Counted from the stretch's first letter, positions 45,011-55,724 are shown. The stretch: DNA of 64,000 nt from an uncultured Chthonomonadaceae bacterium (GCA_964519955.1 CAZFLM010000008.1:4732-68731), one strand, 5' to 3'. Numbers and translations are program-made. The notes: generated by a model from the sequence alone, not told the origin.

Positions 45011-45038
45011 GTTCGACCTTCGACTTTCGACCTTCGAC
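45011..45038. repeat. Heptanucleotide tandem repeat (nTTCGAC)x4
   Basis: GTTCGAC CTTCGAC TTTCGAC CTTCGAC. Same motif family as 25121-25162. Intergenic. Confidence 0.85.
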
Positions 45039-45048
45039 CGCCGTTCGC

Positions 45049-46071
45049 CTATTCCCCACGTCCCACCACCGCCGAGATCCGCTCGCAGTGCTGCACGAGC
45101 CGCGAGAAGTTGCGCGGGTTCAGCGACTGCGCGCCGTCCTTGATCGCCTTGTCCGGCTGCTCGTGCACCTCGATCAGCAGGCCGTCCGCGCCGCAGGCCA
45201 CCGCAGCCTTCGCCATCGGCACCACCAGGTTCCAGTGCCCCGTGCCGTGGCTCGGGTCGACGATGACGGGCAGGTGCGAGAGCTGCTTCACGGCGGGCAC
45301 CGCGGAGAGGTCCAGCGTGTTGCGCGTGTGCGTCTCGAAGGTGCGGATGCCGCGCTCGCAGAGCATGACGTCGTGGTTCCCGCCGAGGTAGATGTACTCG
45401 GCCGCGTGCAGCCACTCCTCGATCTTGGCCCACATGCCGCGCTTCAGCATAACCGGCTTGCGCGCCATGCCCACCTCGCGCAGCAGGTCGTAGTTCTGCA
45501 TGTTGCGGGTGCCGATCTGCAGGATGTCGGCGTACTCGCACACCTTGTCGACGTTGCGTGGGTCCATCACCTCGGTGATCACCGGCATGCCGGTCGCCTT
45601 CGAGACGGCCTGCAGGATCTCCAACCCCTCGAGGCCGAGGCCCTGGAACGAGTAGGGGGAGGTGGTGGGCTTGAAGGCGCCGCCGCGCAGGATGTGGGCG
45701 CCTGCGGACTGGACCGAGCGGGCGACGGCGAGCGTCTTCTCGTAGTCCTCGATCGTGCACGGCCCGGCCATGTACACGACCTTGTCGCCGCCGATCACCA
45801 CGTCTCCCACCGTGATGCGAGTGGGCTCCGGCTGGAAGTCGCGGCTGACGAACTTGTAGGGGCGGATGATCGCGATGACGCGCTCGACGTAGTCCAGGCT
45901 CTCGAGCTGCTGCTGGTAGGCGAGCTTGTCCGCCTCCGGCACGCCGACCGCGCCGATGACGGTGCGCTCCGTGCCGTAGATCGGGTGGACCCCGTATCCC
46001 CAGTCCTGGATGCGCTGCTCGACGTCGTGTATCTGCTCCGCGGTGGCGCGTGGCGCCATCACGATGATCAT
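45049..46071 (-). CDS. aroF: 3-deoxy-7-phosphoheptulonate (DAHP) synthase, type I-beta with N-terminal regulatory domain
   Basis: MAGPCTIE...[20 protein letters not shown]...[13 protein letters not shown]...KRG...[10 protein letters not shown] are KDO8PS/DAHPS I-beta motifs. The N-terminal ~65-aa ferredoxin-like extension is as in Thermotoga-type enzymes. Confidence 0.9.
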   Translation of the reverse strand: MIIVMAPRATAEQIHDVEQRIQDWGYGVHPIYGTERTVIGAVGVPEADKLAYQQQLESLDYVERVIAIIRPYKFVSRDFQPEPTRITVGDVVIGGDKVVYMAGPCTIEDYEKTLAVARSVQSAGAHILRGGAFKPTTSPYSFQGLGLEGLEILQAVSKATGMPVITEVMDPRNVDKVCEYADILQIGTRNMQNYDLLREVGMARKPVMLKRGMWAKIEEWLHAAEYIYLGGNHDVMLCERGIRTFETHTRNTLDLSAVPAVKQLSHLPVIVDPSHGTGHWNLVVPMAKAAVACGADGLLIEVHEQPDKAIKDGAQSLNPRNFSRLVQHCERISAVVGRGE

Positions 46072-46105
46072 GTCGCGTTTCCCCCTCTACCCGGACCGGC
46101 TTCTG

Positions 46106-47221
46106 CTACGATGCGGCCAGGACTTCCTTGAGCGCGCCGATGAAGCGGGCGTTCTCGTCCGGCGTGCCGATCGTGACGCGGATGAACTGCTCCGTGCCTG
46201 GGCTGTCGAACGCCCGAACGATGATCCCGCGCCGCATCAGCCCGTCGGCGACCGTCGAGGCACTCCGCCCCGTGTTGAACCACAGGAAGTTCGCCTCGGA
46301 CGGCGCATGCTCCAGGCCGAGTTCGTCGAACGCCGCCTGCAGTTGGCGCTTGCCCTGCGAGTTGACGCGTGCCGAGCGCTCCAGATGCGCCGTGTCCAGC
46401 AGCGCGGCGCACGCGGCGGCCTGGGCGATGAGGTTCACGTTGAACGGTTCGCGCACCTTCTCGATCAGACGCACGATCTCGGGGCGCGCAATGCCGTATC
46501 CGACGCGCAGCCCGGCGAGCCCGAAGATCTTGGAGAACGTGCGGAGCACGACCGCGTTCTGACCGTTCCGTACGTATTCGATGGTCTCGGGGTACTCCCG
46601 CGACTCGATGTAGCCGTGGTAGGCCTCGTCGAACACCACGACGCAGCGCTCCGGCACCTGGTCCATGAACCGGTCCGCCTCGGCCTGTGTCACGATGGTG
46701 CCCGTCGGGTTGTTCGGGTTGGCGATGAAGACCATGCGCGTGCGGTCCGTGAACAGGGCCGCCATCGCGTCCAGGTCCAGTGTGTGGTTGCGCACGGGGG
46801 CCTTGCGCAGCGGAGCATCGTGCATGATGGCCGCGGCGTCGTAGCGCGAGAACGTGGGGTCGCCTTCGATGACCTCGTCGCCCGGGGCCAGGAACGCGAC
46901 GCCCAGGAAGTGCAGCAGCTCGTCGCTCCCGTTGCCGAAGAACAGGTGGTCGGCCGGCACGTTGTGGTAGGCCGCGAGAGCCTGGCGCAGGTCGTGCGCG
47001 GACCCGTCCGGATAGAGGTGGACGGTCTCGGCGAAACGGTGGATCGCCTCGATGGCGCGCGGCGACGGGCCGAGCGGGTTCTCGTTCGAGGCGAGCTTGA
47101 TGACGTCGGTGAGTCCCAACTCGCGGCGGACCTCGTCGATGGGCTTGCCCGGCTTGTACGGCACGAGCGACTCGACGTTTGGTCCGACGACGGGCGCGGG
47201 AATGGCTGTGGAACGGCTCAA
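46106..47221 (-). CDS. hisC: Histidinol-phosphate/aromatic aminotransferase (class II PLP)
   Basis: IKLASNENPLGPSP...YPD...FGNGSDE...ANPNNPTG...FSKIFGLAGLRVGY (PLP Lys). A TTG at 47221 preceded by GGGGGTG is proposed, since there is no in-frame ATG near the conserved N-terminus. Confidence 0.85.
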   Translation of the reverse strand: MSRSTAIPAPVVGPNVESLVPYKPGKPIDEVRRELGLTDVIKLASNENPLGPSPRAIEAIHRFAETVHLYPDGSAHDLRQALAAYHNVPADHLFFGNGSDELLHFLGVAFLAPGDEVIEGDPTFSRYDAAAIMHDAPLRKAPVRNHTLDLDAMAALFTDRTRMVFIANPNNPTGTIVTQAEADRFMDQVPERCVVVFDEAYHGYIESREYPETIEYVRNGQNAVVLRTFSKIFGLAGLRVGYGIARPEIVRLIEKVREPFNVNLIAQAAACAALLDTAHLERSARVNSQGKRQLQAAFDELGLEHAPSEANFLWFNTGRSASTVADGLMRRGIIVRAFDSPGTEQFIRVTIGTPDENARFIGALKEVLAAS

Positions 47222-47510
47222 GAGGCACCCCCAGACGGTGGCTTGCAGTGTGGTCAGTGTACCACACCGGCCGTGAGCCCGCCCCTCGCGCGCGGGCGCG
47301 CCGGAGGACACGGGCCGCTCGGCGGCGAAATGGCGCGTGCGCTGGGTGGGCCGCGGCGTACCGGCCCGATGCTCCGGCAGCAGGACGAGGACGCCGGGCG
47401 CTCGCGTGACCAGACTGATGGTGGAAGGCGCCGGTCGTGATCGTCTTGCTGGGTCCACACTCGTCGGGCGGCGCGCCTGAGGGGGCGCCGCACTCCTGGA
47501 GCAATGCTCG

Positions 47511-47984
47511 ATGCCGCCGCCGCTCCTAGACGATCGCGCCGCAGCCGCTCCGCCCGACGGTCGAGCTGGCGGCGCTTCGCCGATCCTGCCCCCCTGGACT
47601 GCCGCCGCCGGCGCGCTGGTGCTGCTGCACTCGCTGGCCGCATCGCGCTGGCCGGGCGTCGGCATCCCGTGCCTCTCGCGAGTGCTGCTGCACCTGCCGT
47701 GTCCGGGCTGCGGCCTAACGCGGGCGATGGCGGCTGCGTGGCGTGGTGACCTATGGGCGTCGTTCACCTACCACCCGCTCGGCCTGCCGGTCATGATGCT
47801 GAGCGCGTTCCTGCTGCTCCATCGTGTCTGCCCTCCGCGGTGGCGGCTGCGCCGCGCGCTGGATCGTGGGGCCATCTTGCTGACGAGGCCGCAGTCCCTG
47901 TGTGCCGCGATCGGCCTGCTGTTGGGAACGTACGCCATGCGCGTAGTGATGTCTGTCCTCGGACACGGCGTGTTCCGGTGGTAA
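47511..47984 (+). CDS. DUF2752-like membrane protein
   Basis: The CLSRVLLHLPCPGCGLTRA motif followed by TM helices is typical of DUF2752. Confidence 0.6.
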   Translation: MPPPLLDDRAAAAPPDGRAGGASPILPPWTAAAGALVLLHSLAASRWPGVGIPCLSRVLLHLPCPGCGLTRAMAAAWRGDLWASFTYHPLGLPVMMLSAFLLLHRVCPPRWRLRRALDRGAILLTRPQSLCAAIGLLLGTYAMRVVMSVLGHGVFRW

Positions 47985-48160
47985 CGGGTAGTGGGACGCG
48001 CGACGGCGGGGGCGGAGCAGTGCTCGTGCGCGTATAGCTGGAGTGAGGGCCGGTGGTCGCCCGCCGGACCGGGCTGGCTCGCGCGTTCGGACACGCTCTC
48101 GCAGGTGCAGGACTCGCAGACCTGAGCACGGCGGGTGCGCCTGCTCATAATGAGAATGCA

Positions 48161-49318
48161 ATGAGAAGCGATCCGGATGTCGTCTACATCGGCTTCATCC
48201 TCGGACACGGGGGCGATGCGCTGCAGTTGCTCGACCTCGCGATCGGCGTGTCTGCCCGCGGCGGACGCGTCCGTATCGTCGTGCCCGATCTGCCAACCAC
48301 CGTCAAGTTCGGCGAACGCTGCCGCGCGCACAACCTGCAGGTGGTTCGCACCCCGCTGATCGATGTGGACATGCACCACTCGCGCCAGAGCCTGTTCTCG
48401 CTGCTGCGCGTGTTCCATGCGCATCGCGCTCCGATCGTGCACATCCACACGGGCGACGTGTGCCTGCCGCGCCTGGCCATCCTGGCGATGGACATCCTGC
48501 GGCTCCCGCGGGTCATCGTCACGTCGCACAGCCCGTACGACACGCTGGATCCCGCTGGACGCCGCGCCCGGTTCTGGGCCTCGGCGGCCCGTCGCCGCAT
48601 CCATGTGGTCGTCTCCCCTTCGGTCCACGGACGCGCGACGCAGTTGAGCTACGGCGTGCCCGAGGATCGCGCGGCCACGATCCACAACGGCGTCGACACT
48701 GGCCGCTACGGCTCCGGGAGCGCGGAGGCGGCCCGAGCAGCCCTCGGCGTGGGGCCCGAGGCGCGGCTGGTGGTGTTCACCTCGCGCATCGACGCCCAGA
48801 AGCGCCCGCTGGAGGCTGTCCAGGCGTTCGCGCGGATCGCGGGCGAGTTCCCGGACGCGCTGCTTGTGTTCGTCGGGAGCGGCGACCACGACGCAGCCGT
48901 ATTGGACGAGGCGCAGCGCCTCGGAGTCGATCGGCGCGTGCGGATGGTGGGCTACCAGAGCAACGTGCCGGACTGGCTCGCCGCGGCGTCGGTGTGGATC
49001 CTCCCGACGGAGAGCGAGAACTTCAGCCTTGCCGTGCTGGAAGCGTTCGCGGCCGGATGCCCCATCCTCAGCACGCTCTGCCCGGGCAACGACGAGATCC
49101 TGCGGAATGGCGAGAACTCGGTCGCGGTCCCGGTTGGCGACGTGGACGGCCTGACGGATGGCCTTCGACGGTTGCTGGGCGACGAAACGCTCCGCACCAG
49201 GTTGGGGGCAGCCGCGCGTGCCGAGTCGCGGAACTTTGCGGTCGATGTCGCTGTCGAGAAGTATATTGCGAAGTACCGGGAGATGGCCGAGGCGCCATGG
49301 ATGGGTGCCCGCCCGTAG
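48161..49318 (+). CDS. Glycosyltransferase family 4
   Basis: GHGGDALQLLDL at the N-terminus. ILPTESENFSLAVLEAFAAGCPIL is the E-x7-E motif region. Confidence 0.8.
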   Translation: MRSDPDVVYIGFILGHGGDALQLLDLAIGVSARGGRVRIVVPDLPTTVKFGERCRAHNLQVVRTPLIDVDMHHSRQSLFSLLRVFHAHRAPIVHIHTGDVCLPRLAILAMDILRLPRVIVTSHSPYDTLDPAGRRARFWASAARRRIHVVVSPSVHGRATQLSYGVPEDRAATIHNGVDTGRYGSGSAEAARAALGVGPEARLVVFTSRIDAQKRPLEAVQAFARIAGEFPDALLVFVGSGDHDAAVLDEAQRLGVDRRVRMVGYQSNVPDWLAAASVWILPTESENFSLAVLEAFAAGCPILSTLCPGNDEILRNGENSVAVPVGDVDGLTDGLRRLLGDETLRTRLGAAARAESRNFAVDVAVEKYIAKYREMAEAPWMGARP

Positions 49319-49844
49319 AGTAGCCGAGGCGGCGGCTGCACGGCAGACAACGGGGAGTGCTCCGCGGCCCGCGCTGTCGGAGCGTCGGCGCGCGATCCGT
49401 GTGTGACGCCTCGATTCGCCGCGGCGCCCGCTGGAACGCCAGTGGATTCCGCGTCGTAGCATTCCAGTATGCTGCCATGCTGCACCGGTGGTTGCCGATG
49501 CTGGCGATTCGGTGGATTGGCGGCTGCCGCACGTGGCGGCGGCCAAGCCACGAGGAGGAGCCCCGGCGATGCCGGTGGCGGCGAGCCTTGACGGTATGCG
49601 CGCTGGAGCCCGCGACGTGGACGCGGGACGGGACGCCGAGCTGCGCCGTCGGTGATCCGATTGCACCGGCGCGGCGGGCGGCTCGCGCTGAGCCAGCGAG
49701 GCATGCGGATTTGGTGGGTGCGGCAGTCCAACGGCTGCCTCTGCCGGGGCCCCGGCTGCTTGTCGACGGGAGTTCTGCAGCCGATAGGGGCCACCCGTCT
49801 GCTCGATCTGAGCGCGCCTTTCGGCCCCTGAGGAGGACTGACCT

Positions 49845-50879
49845 GTGACGGATTCCCCGAAGATCGGGATAATCGGATGGTATGGGCACGGCAACGACGG
49901 CGATGAGCGCATCCTGTACTGCCTGCGCCAGTGTCTAGCGGGCGCCCGGCTCGTGGTGCTCTCCGGCCTCCACGAGGTGGCTTCGCGGCGCGCCGAGCTC
50001 GAGGCGTGCGACTTCGTCCTCTTCGGCGGCGGCGGCCTCGTCCTCAGGCGGTTCGGGGTGTACGCGTCGGCCATTGCGGATCTGCGTGTCCGTTTCGGGT
50101 GCGTCGGCATTGGCGTCAGTGCCATACACCGGGATAACCGCCAGTTGGCGCAGGTCTTGCTGGCCAAGTCCGAGTTCGTCCTGGTGCGTGACGCTCGTAG
50201 CTGGGATCTGCTTGGGCGAGATCCCAAGATCGTGGTTGGGCCGGATCTGACCTTCCTGTGCCCGTTCCCAGTCGCCGAGCCACAAGCCAGCGACGACACC
50301 TGTGGTGTCAACCTGCGTCCCTGGCCGTTCTGGTTGCTTTCCTGTAACTCGCCTGCCGATCGGGCGATGGCGCGCCTGAACCGGCGCGCGAGGTGGCTGG
50401 CGCGCGCGTATCCGCTTCGCAGGTGGGAGCCGGAGCCACCGGTGCGCGTGCTTCGCGAGTTCTTTGAGCATCTTGTTCCGGTCGCGATGTATGCTGAGGC
50501 GGGCCAGCAGAGCGATGCCGAAGTGCTCGGCCAGTACGTGGGCGAACCGGATCACCGCGAGGCATCGGAACTGATCGGCCGGCAGCCGTATCTGTGCGGC
50601 ATGCGGCTGCACTCGCTCATCTTCGCGTGTCAGACCGGAACGCCGTTCGTGTCTCTGAGCTACCAACCGAAGAACGCGGTGTTCTGTTCGTCGATCGGTA
50701 TGGAGCGCTACTCCGTGCCGCTCGGCGATCTCAAGGCGCTGCGGCATGCCGTTCAGGATCTGCGGGCATCGCGCGATGCCGTCCGGCAGCGGCTCATCGA
50801 GGCGCGCGACAGGAACGTTGCTGAGATAACGCATATCATGGGCGACATCCGTGCGCGCGTGATGGGTGGGGAGGCCTAA
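49845..50879 (+). CDS. Polysaccharide pyruvyl transferase family protein
   Basis: KIGIIGWYGHGNDGDERIL...FVLFGGGGLV...MRLHSLIFACQTGTPFVSLSYQPK is a CsaB/WcaK-like pattern. GTG start after GAGGAGG. Confidence 0.75.
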   Translation: MTDSPKIGIIGWYGHGNDGDERILYCLRQCLAGARLVVLSGLHEVASRRAELEACDFVLFGGGGLVLRRFGVYASAIADLRVRFGCVGIGVSAIHRDNRQLAQVLLAKSEFVLVRDARSWDLLGRDPKIVVGPDLTFLCPFPVAEPQASDDTCGVNLRPWPFWLLSCNSPADRAMARLNRRARWLARAYPLRRWEPEPPVRVLREFFEHLVPVAMYAEAGQQSDAEVLGQYVGEPDHREASELIGRQPYLCGMRLHSLIFACQTGTPFVSLSYQPKNAVFCSSIGMERYSVPLGDLKALRHAVQDLRASRDAVRQRLIEARDRNVAEITHIMGDIRARVMGGEA

Positions 50880-50885
50880 CCGGAC

Positions 50886-51794
50886 ATGCTGGTGTCGATC
50901 GTGCTGCCGACGCACAATGGCTCCCGCTATCTCGCCGAGTCCGTCCGTAGCTGCGTTGGCCAGACGTTCACCGACTGGGAGTTGATCATCGTCGACGACT
51001 GCTCCGACGATGGCACGCCGCAGGTCATCGCAGAACTGGAAGCGGCCGACAGCCGCATTCGGTCGATTAGGAACGACCCCAACCGGCGGTTGCCGGCCTC
51101 TCTGAACATCGGTTTCGCTGCCGCGCGAGGCGATCTTCTGACCTGGACATCGGACGACAACCGGTACCGCCCAGATGCCCTGGCCCGGATGGTTGACCAC
51201 TTGTTGCAGCACCCCGATGTGGGACTGGTGTACGCCGACTGGGATATCATCGACGGCGAGGGAGTGAACCGAGGGCAGGGCTGGCTGGGCGATGTCGGCG
51301 AGATGGGCTACCGAAACGTGGTCGGCGCCTGCTTCCTCTATCGCCGGTGCGTGCTGGAGCAGGTCGGCAACTACGCGGAGGACCTCTACCTGGCGGAGGA
51401 CTACGACTACTGGCTCAGGATACTCTCCAAGTACCCGATCGCGAGAATCCGCCGCTGTCTTTACGACTACCGCGTGCACTCGTCGTCCCTCACGACCACT
51501 CAGTCGGAGGGCGTTCGGGCGGCGACGGCGGCTACTCTGAGGCGCCACATCGAGGCGCTTGCCAAGACCGCACCTCATGTCGCGGCGCAGGGCCACATGC
51601 ACCTCGCACGGGATGCGCGCGACGGAGGCGACGAGCACACGATGCGCGCCCACGCGATCTCGGCATTCCGGCTGGCGCCACTCGTGCCGCTGAACTGCCA
51701 CAGGGGCGTTCTGGCCGATCTCATGCTCGGATGCCGGGCTGCTGCGAGGCTGCGCAAGGCGGTGGGCTGCGCGCGGTCGGGCCGATCCGGATGA
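50886..51794 (+). CDS. Glycosyltransferase family 2
   Basis: VSIVLPTHNGSRYLAESVRSCVGQTFTDWELIIVDDCSDDGT...WTSDDN (DxD-type motif). Confidence 0.85.
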   Translation: MLVSIVLPTHNGSRYLAESVRSCVGQTFTDWELIIVDDCSDDGTPQVIAELEAADSRIRSIRNDPNRRLPASLNIGFAAARGDLLTWTSDDNRYRPDALARMVDHLLQHPDVGLVYADWDIIDGEGVNRGQGWLGDVGEMGYRNVVGACFLYRRCVLEQVGNYAEDLYLAEDYDYWLRILSKYPIARIRRCLYDYRVHSSSLTTTQSEGVRAATAATLRRHIEALAKTAPHVAAQGHMHLARDARDGGDEHTMRAHAISAFRLAPLVPLNCHRGVLADLMLGCRAAARLRKAVGCARSGRSG

Positions 51795-52005
51795 TGTACG
51801 GACGCCGTGGGGGCATACGCCTCCGCACCCGTCCGGTACCGATCACGCAGAGAGCAACCTGACGGCGGATCTTGCTCGTATGGGGGGCGACCCGGCGCGC
51901 CGAGGGGCACCGGTGCAGGCCGATACCCCTCCGGCCATCGAACGCAGGACCGGTCCAGATACGTACGAGCAAAGCAGACCGCCTCTTTATGGGAGGGACT
52001 GCCCC

Positions 52006-53388
52006 GTGCCGACCGAGACCAGAGACCAGACGAACCCGGGGCGAGCGGCGCCGCGCCTCCGGTGCGGACCGGACGCGGGGCGAGGAAGGCCGCACGTATG
52101 CTACCTCGCCTACTTCTTCCGTCCCGGGCAGATGGTGGCTTGCGTCCGCACGTGGAACACGGCCAGACAGCTCAGGTTGCTGGGCTGGAACGTCACGGTC
52201 ATCACCCTCGACCCGACGATGTACTGGAGCGCAGAGCCCGACGAGCCCGTTGCCGAGAACCTCGAAGCTCTCGGCATCCGGCGGGTGCGGACGCGTGACG
52301 CGGTGCCCGCGCTCGGGCCGACCTGCGTAAGGCAATCTACCACGCTTCGAGCCCGGATCGTTGCGAAGGCGCGCCGCGCCCTTGCGGAGGTTCGGCGCGA
52401 GTTGCCGTACTCCGGCTGGACCGAGCCCTGCCTCGAAGCCGACGCCGCCCTGCCTGCCGGGTCCGTCGACCTCGTGCTGGCGACCGGCTCGCCGTTCGCC
52501 TCGTTCCCCCTCGCCCAGCGGATAGCCGCACGGCATGGGTGCCCCTACGTTCTAGACTACCGGGATCTGTGGACCGGCGATCCGCACTACCCTGTTGCGC
52601 GCTGGCAGACGACGGTCGAGGCGTCTGTGCTTCCAGGCGCGAGCCTGATCACAACCGTCTCCGATCGCTGCGCCAAGGTGCTCGGCGAGCGTTTCGGCAT
52701 CGCCGACAAGGTGCAGGTGCTCACCAACGGGTTCGATCCGGACAACCTCAGCAACGTGACGCCGACAGACTTCGGCCATCCGGCGGTCGTGTACGCCGGC
52801 AGCCTCTACCCGCCGACGCGGTCCATCGAGCCCGTGATGGCGGCACTGGCCCGCATCGAGGCGATGCCTGCCGCCAATGGGTCGAGCCACAAGCTGCACT
52901 ACTACGGCATCCGGCCGGATCATGTGCTGTCGGCCGCCCGGAAGTGGCGGGTCGGCCATCGAGTCGAGTACCACGGCTCGGTGCCGCGGCCGGAAGCGCT
53001 CTCGGCCGAACGCGGCGCCGCCGCCACCGTGGTCATCACCGATGTGCGCGACACCGCGAGCGATGCTGTGCTGGGGATCGTGACGGGCAAGCTGTTTGGG
53101 GCCATTGGCATGGGCACGCCCGTGGCGCTCATCACTCCTCGCGGGTCGGACGCTCAAGGGGTGCTGGCCCGCGCCGGTGGCGGCCGCAGTTTCACCGGCA
53201 GCGACATCGATGGCATCGCTAGGTACCTGTGGGAGCGCTTCACTTCGCCGAGGCCGGTTCCCGGCGATGCCTCCGAGTTCTCCTGGGAGCACCTGGGACG
53301 GCGCCTCGATGGCCTGCTCCGATCCGCACTGACCTTGGCGGCGTTCCTGCCGGCCTTCGGTCTCAGCCTGGCCACGAGCGCTGCGTAG
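52006..53388 (+). CDS. Glycosyltransferase (GT4-like, GT-B fold)
   Basis: VCYLAYFFRPG...LATGSPFASFPLA...YRDLW...VYAGSLY is a pattern of GT-B enzymes. A GTG at 52006 after GGGAGGG is proposed; the start is uncertain. Confidence 0.6.
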   Translation: MPTETRDQTNPGRAAPRLRCGPDAGRGRPHVCYLAYFFRPGQMVACVRTWNTARQLRLLGWNVTVITLDPTMYWSAEPDEPVAENLEALGIRRVRTRDAVPALGPTCVRQSTTLRARIVAKARRALAEVRRELPYSGWTEPCLEADAALPAGSVDLVLATGSPFASFPLAQRIAARHGCPYVLDYRDLWTGDPHYPVARWQTTVEASVLPGASLITTVSDRCAKVLGERFGIADKVQVLTNGFDPDNLSNVTPTDFGHPAVVYAGSLYPPTRSIEPVMAALARIEAMPAANGSSHKLHYYGIRPDHVLSAARKWRVGHRVEYHGSVPRPEALSAERGAAATVVITDVRDTASDAVLGIVTGKLFGAIGMGTPVALITPRGSDAQGVLARAGGGRSFTGSDIDGIARYLWERFTSPRPVPGDASEFSWEHLGRRLDGLLRSALTLAAFLPAFGLSLATSAA

Positions 53389-53450
53389 CCGGCTGCACTC
53401 TCTCTGCCCGGCGCGGCGCTGCCGGAACCGGGGATAAGGAGGCGCGCCCG

Positions 53451-54509
53451 ATGCGCAAGGTGGTGACGGTCGTAGGGGCGAGGCCGCAGTTCGTCAAGGC
53501 GTCCGCTGTCTCGCGTGAGTTGCGGCCGCGGGCCACCGAGGTGCTGGTGCACACCGGCCAGCACTACGACGAGAGCATGTCGGGCGTCTTCTTCCGCGAG
53601 TTGGGCATCCCGGAGCCTGACGTGAACCTGGGCGTGGGATCCGGACCGCACGGCCGGCAGACTGGCGCCATGCTTGCAGGCGTGGAAGAGGTCCTGCTGC
53701 GGGAGAGCCCCGACTGGCTGCTGGTCTATGGCGACACCAACAGCACCCTCGCGGCGGCGCTGGCCGCGGCGAAGCTCCACATCCCCGTCGCGCACGTCGA
53801 AGCCGGCGTCCGCAGCTACAACCGGCTCATGCCCGAGGAGATAAACCGGGTACTGACCGATCAGATCGCCGATCTGCTGCTGTGTCCCAACGCCGGCGCG
53901 GTGGAGAACCTGAAGCGCGAGGGGGTCGTGGCCGGCGTCCACGAAGTGGGCGACGTGATGATGGACGTCCTGCTGCACTACCGCCCGGTGGCCTTGCAGC
54001 GGGCCGATGCCCTCGGCGCGTGGGGCGTCTCGCCGGGGGGCTATGCGCTCCTAACGCTCCACCGGGCCGAGAACGTGGACGATCCCCAGAGGCTGCGCGA
54101 CCTGCTGGCGGCGATCGGCCGGATGCGCATCTCGGTGGTGTTCCCCGCGCACCCTCGCACCGTGGGCCGTATCCGCGAGTTCGGGCTCGATGCCCTGCTC
54201 TCATCGGGCTACGTGGTCCTCGATCCCGTAGGGTATCTCGACGCGATCACGCTTGCGGCGAACGCGCGCATCGTGCTCACGGACTCGGGTGGGGTGCAGC
54301 GCGAGGCATGCTTCTTGGGCACGCCCTGCATCGTGCTGCGGGCCGAGACCGAGTGGCCGGAGTTGGTGGGGTCGGGCGCCAGCCGCCTGCTCGGCCCCTC
54401 CTTCGATGCCCTGCTGAGGGAACGATGGGAGGGGTGGGGGCCCAGCAGCGGGGGCGATGCGGCGGGCGCCGGGGCTTCGCGCCGCGTCGCGGAACTGCTG
54501 GTGGGCTGA
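53451..54509 (+). CDS. wecB: UDP-N-acetylglucosamine 2-epimerase (non-hydrolysing)
   Basis: AAGGAGG RBS. VVTVVGARPQFVKASAV...HTGQHYD...LLVYGDTNSTLAAALAAAKLHIPVAHVEAGVRS...PEEINR...LTDSGGVQRE. Confidence 0.92.
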   Translation: MRKVVTVVGARPQFVKASAVSRELRPRATEVLVHTGQHYDESMSGVFFRELGIPEPDVNLGVGSGPHGRQTGAMLAGVEEVLLRESPDWLLVYGDTNSTLAAALAAAKLHIPVAHVEAGVRSYNRLMPEEINRVLTDQIADLLLCPNAGAVENLKREGVVAGVHEVGDVMMDVLLHYRPVALQRADALGAWGVSPGGYALLTLHRAENVDDPQRLRDLLAAIGRMRISVVFPAHPRTVGRIREFGLDALLSSGYVVLDPVGYLDAITLAANARIVLTDSGGVQREACFLGTPCIVLRAETEWPELVGSGASRLLGPSFDALLRERWEGWGPSSGGDAAGAGASRRVAELLVG

Positions 54510-54568
54510 GTCGCGCATGCCGCGCGGGGGAGCCCTCCGGGTTCGGGCACAAGCCCCCCGGGGCGACG

Positions 54569-55695
54569 CTACCGTAGGTGCTGCGTCAGCAGGGCCACCG
54601 TGTTCTCCCTCAGGCGGTCGACGCTGAACTCCGTCCGAATTCGCTCCAGGTTGGCCGCGCCCACTTCGCGCCGCAGGTCCGGGTCCCGCGCTAGCCGCAG
54701 GATATGGTCGGCGAGCGCGTCCGCGTCGCCGGCCGGCGCCAGCAGGCGGTGGTTCGGCTCAGATACGGCCAGCCGGATGCCGGCGATATCGGTGCCCGCC
54801 ACGGCTAGGCCCAGCGCCATGCACTCCAGCACGCCGTTTGGGCATCCCTCGCTCACCGAGCTGAAGACGGACAGATCCGTCGCGCCGAGAAGCGGGCCGA
54901 TGTCGGCCATCGCTCCGGTCTGCAACACCGAGCCCGCGATGCCCAACTCCTGGGCGAGCTGCTCGATGCTCTCCGAGGTGCCGCCAGGCGCTCCAGCCAG
55001 CACCAGCCTGGCCGGCCGCCCCTCGGCCGCAAGCGCTCGCGCGACCTTCGCCCACGCTCGGACGAGGGTCGCGTGGTCCTTCTTGTTCGTCAGGTTGGCC
55101 ACCATGCAGGCAAGCACGCCCTCGGGGGGAACTCCGAGCCGCGTGCGCCAACTCGCGGACTCCTCGCTCCGGTCGGGCACCACGATGCCGTTGCGGATGA
55201 TGTGGACCTTCTCGCGGGCCGCGCCGAGACGCTCGACCAATAGGTCCCGTCCGCCCTCGTGTTCGCGACAAAGAGGGGCGTGAGGCGCACCGCGGCGCGG
55301 GCCAGCCGCCCGTTGCCGAGGTCGAGCCCCTCGTCGCGCTGGTTCCAGACGCACAGGCGCGCCCCGGTCAGCCTCCAGACGAGGCCGCATGAGACGTTCG
55401 GGTGGGCGATGTAGGGGAGAAGCAGATCCGGCTTCGCCTGGCGCAGCTCGCGCGCGAACCGGAGGTAGGTTGCCGGCCAGGCCGGTCCGCACGCTGTCGT
55501 TGGGGGGGCGACCTGCCGCCACGGCAGACCGGCCGCCTCGCAGTGCTCCGATACCGGGCCGGGACCGGCAAAGCACCAGACCTGCACGTCGGCGCCCTCG
55601 ACAACGCGCAGCTCGCGGGCCAGCCGAATCGCCTGGCGCTCTGAGCCGCCCAGGTAGGGGCTCTTCAGCACGACGATCGTGCGCAATCCGGCCAT
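54569..55695 (-). pseudogene. GT4 glycosyltransferase interrupted by a frameshift near 55258-55262 (or a sequencing error)
   Basis: The N-terminal domain (MAGLRTIVVLKSPYLGGSERQAIRLAREL...PLFVAN) is in the frame of ORF 55090-55932. The C-terminal domain (EGGRDLLVERLG...SVSEGCPNGVLECMALGLAV...) is in the frame of ORF 54569-55792. Confidence 0.7.
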
Positions 55696-55724
55696 CGGGC
55701 CGCCTGGTCGGTCGGATGCTCTGC

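Noticed and set aside
49319-49844. Possible gene in the 525-nt gap of the glycan cluster (e.g. ORF 49357-49848, 163 aa)
   Set aside because: The translation is Arg/Trp/Cys/Ala-rich with no motif. There is no RBS. The ORF end overlaps the pyruvyl-transferase start region. It was left as non-coding or unknown and may hold a promoter or an sRNA that I cannot see by eye.
47768-50311. 847-aa minus-strand ORF across DUF2752, GT4 and the pyruvyl transferase
   Set aside because: It is antisense to three recognisable genes and crosses a 525-nt non-coding gap. Its translation is Arg/Ser/Ala-rich with no motifs.
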